The notes beneath the pieces were generated by a model, which did not search any database, was not told the DNA's origin, and worked only from the letters and a program-made list of their open reading frames with translations. The position numbers and the translations under genes are program-made. Positions 17,608 through 17,745 of a stretch of DNA of 17,745 nt are shown here, piece by piece (position 1 is the stretch's first letter; every line of letters begins with the position of its first letter). Source of the stretch: Phycisphaerales bacterium (GTDB lineage Bacteria; Planctomycetota; Phycisphaerae; WQYP01); contig DAIDJN010000067.1 of NCBI GenBank assembly GCA_027451365.1, positions 1 to 17,745 on the forward strand, given 5' to 3'.

Positions 17608-17634
17608 ACTTTGTGTCCTCTGTGATCTCTGTGG
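17608..17634 (-). repeat. Degenerate 9-mer triplet CCACAGAGA TCACAGAGG ACACAAAGT
   Basis: Read directly; lies just upstream of where RHS similarity of module 1 begins. Confidence 0.7.
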
Positions 17635-17745
17635 TTCGACCGTCCCGCCAAACCCATACGCATATCGCCCGCCCGGCCACGGGGGACCAATCGCGTTTTC
17701 TATGCTATCCGCATTCCTGACCATTTTATGGCCCCGTTTGAACCA

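Overview
The window has two parts. Bases ~740-9380 are housekeeping genes: apt, pssA-like and an inositol-monophosphatase-family gene on +; rsfS-argS-scpA on -; metK on +. Two of these are unusual: RsfS has a ~220-aa acidic-then-histone-H1-like tail, and ArgS has a ~60-aa acidic insertion. Bases ~9400-17745 are a decayed accessory island. It holds three 5'-truncated (orphan) RHS toxin modules on -, each with a different C-terminal domain and followed by membrane-protein immunity candidates. Mixed among them are an IS4-family 3' remnant with its terminal inverted repeat, two families of dispersed hairpin-containing repeats, and a RAYT/IS200-like HUH transposase pseudogene that the ORF track misses (reconstructed by hand, 13034-13308, -). 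Short motifs recur at the module breakpoints, which suggests but does not prove repeat- or HUH-assisted shuffling of toxin-immunity cassettes. The style of the RHS and RAYT sequences suggests Planctomycetota (inference only). All identities were counted by hand and no database search was run.
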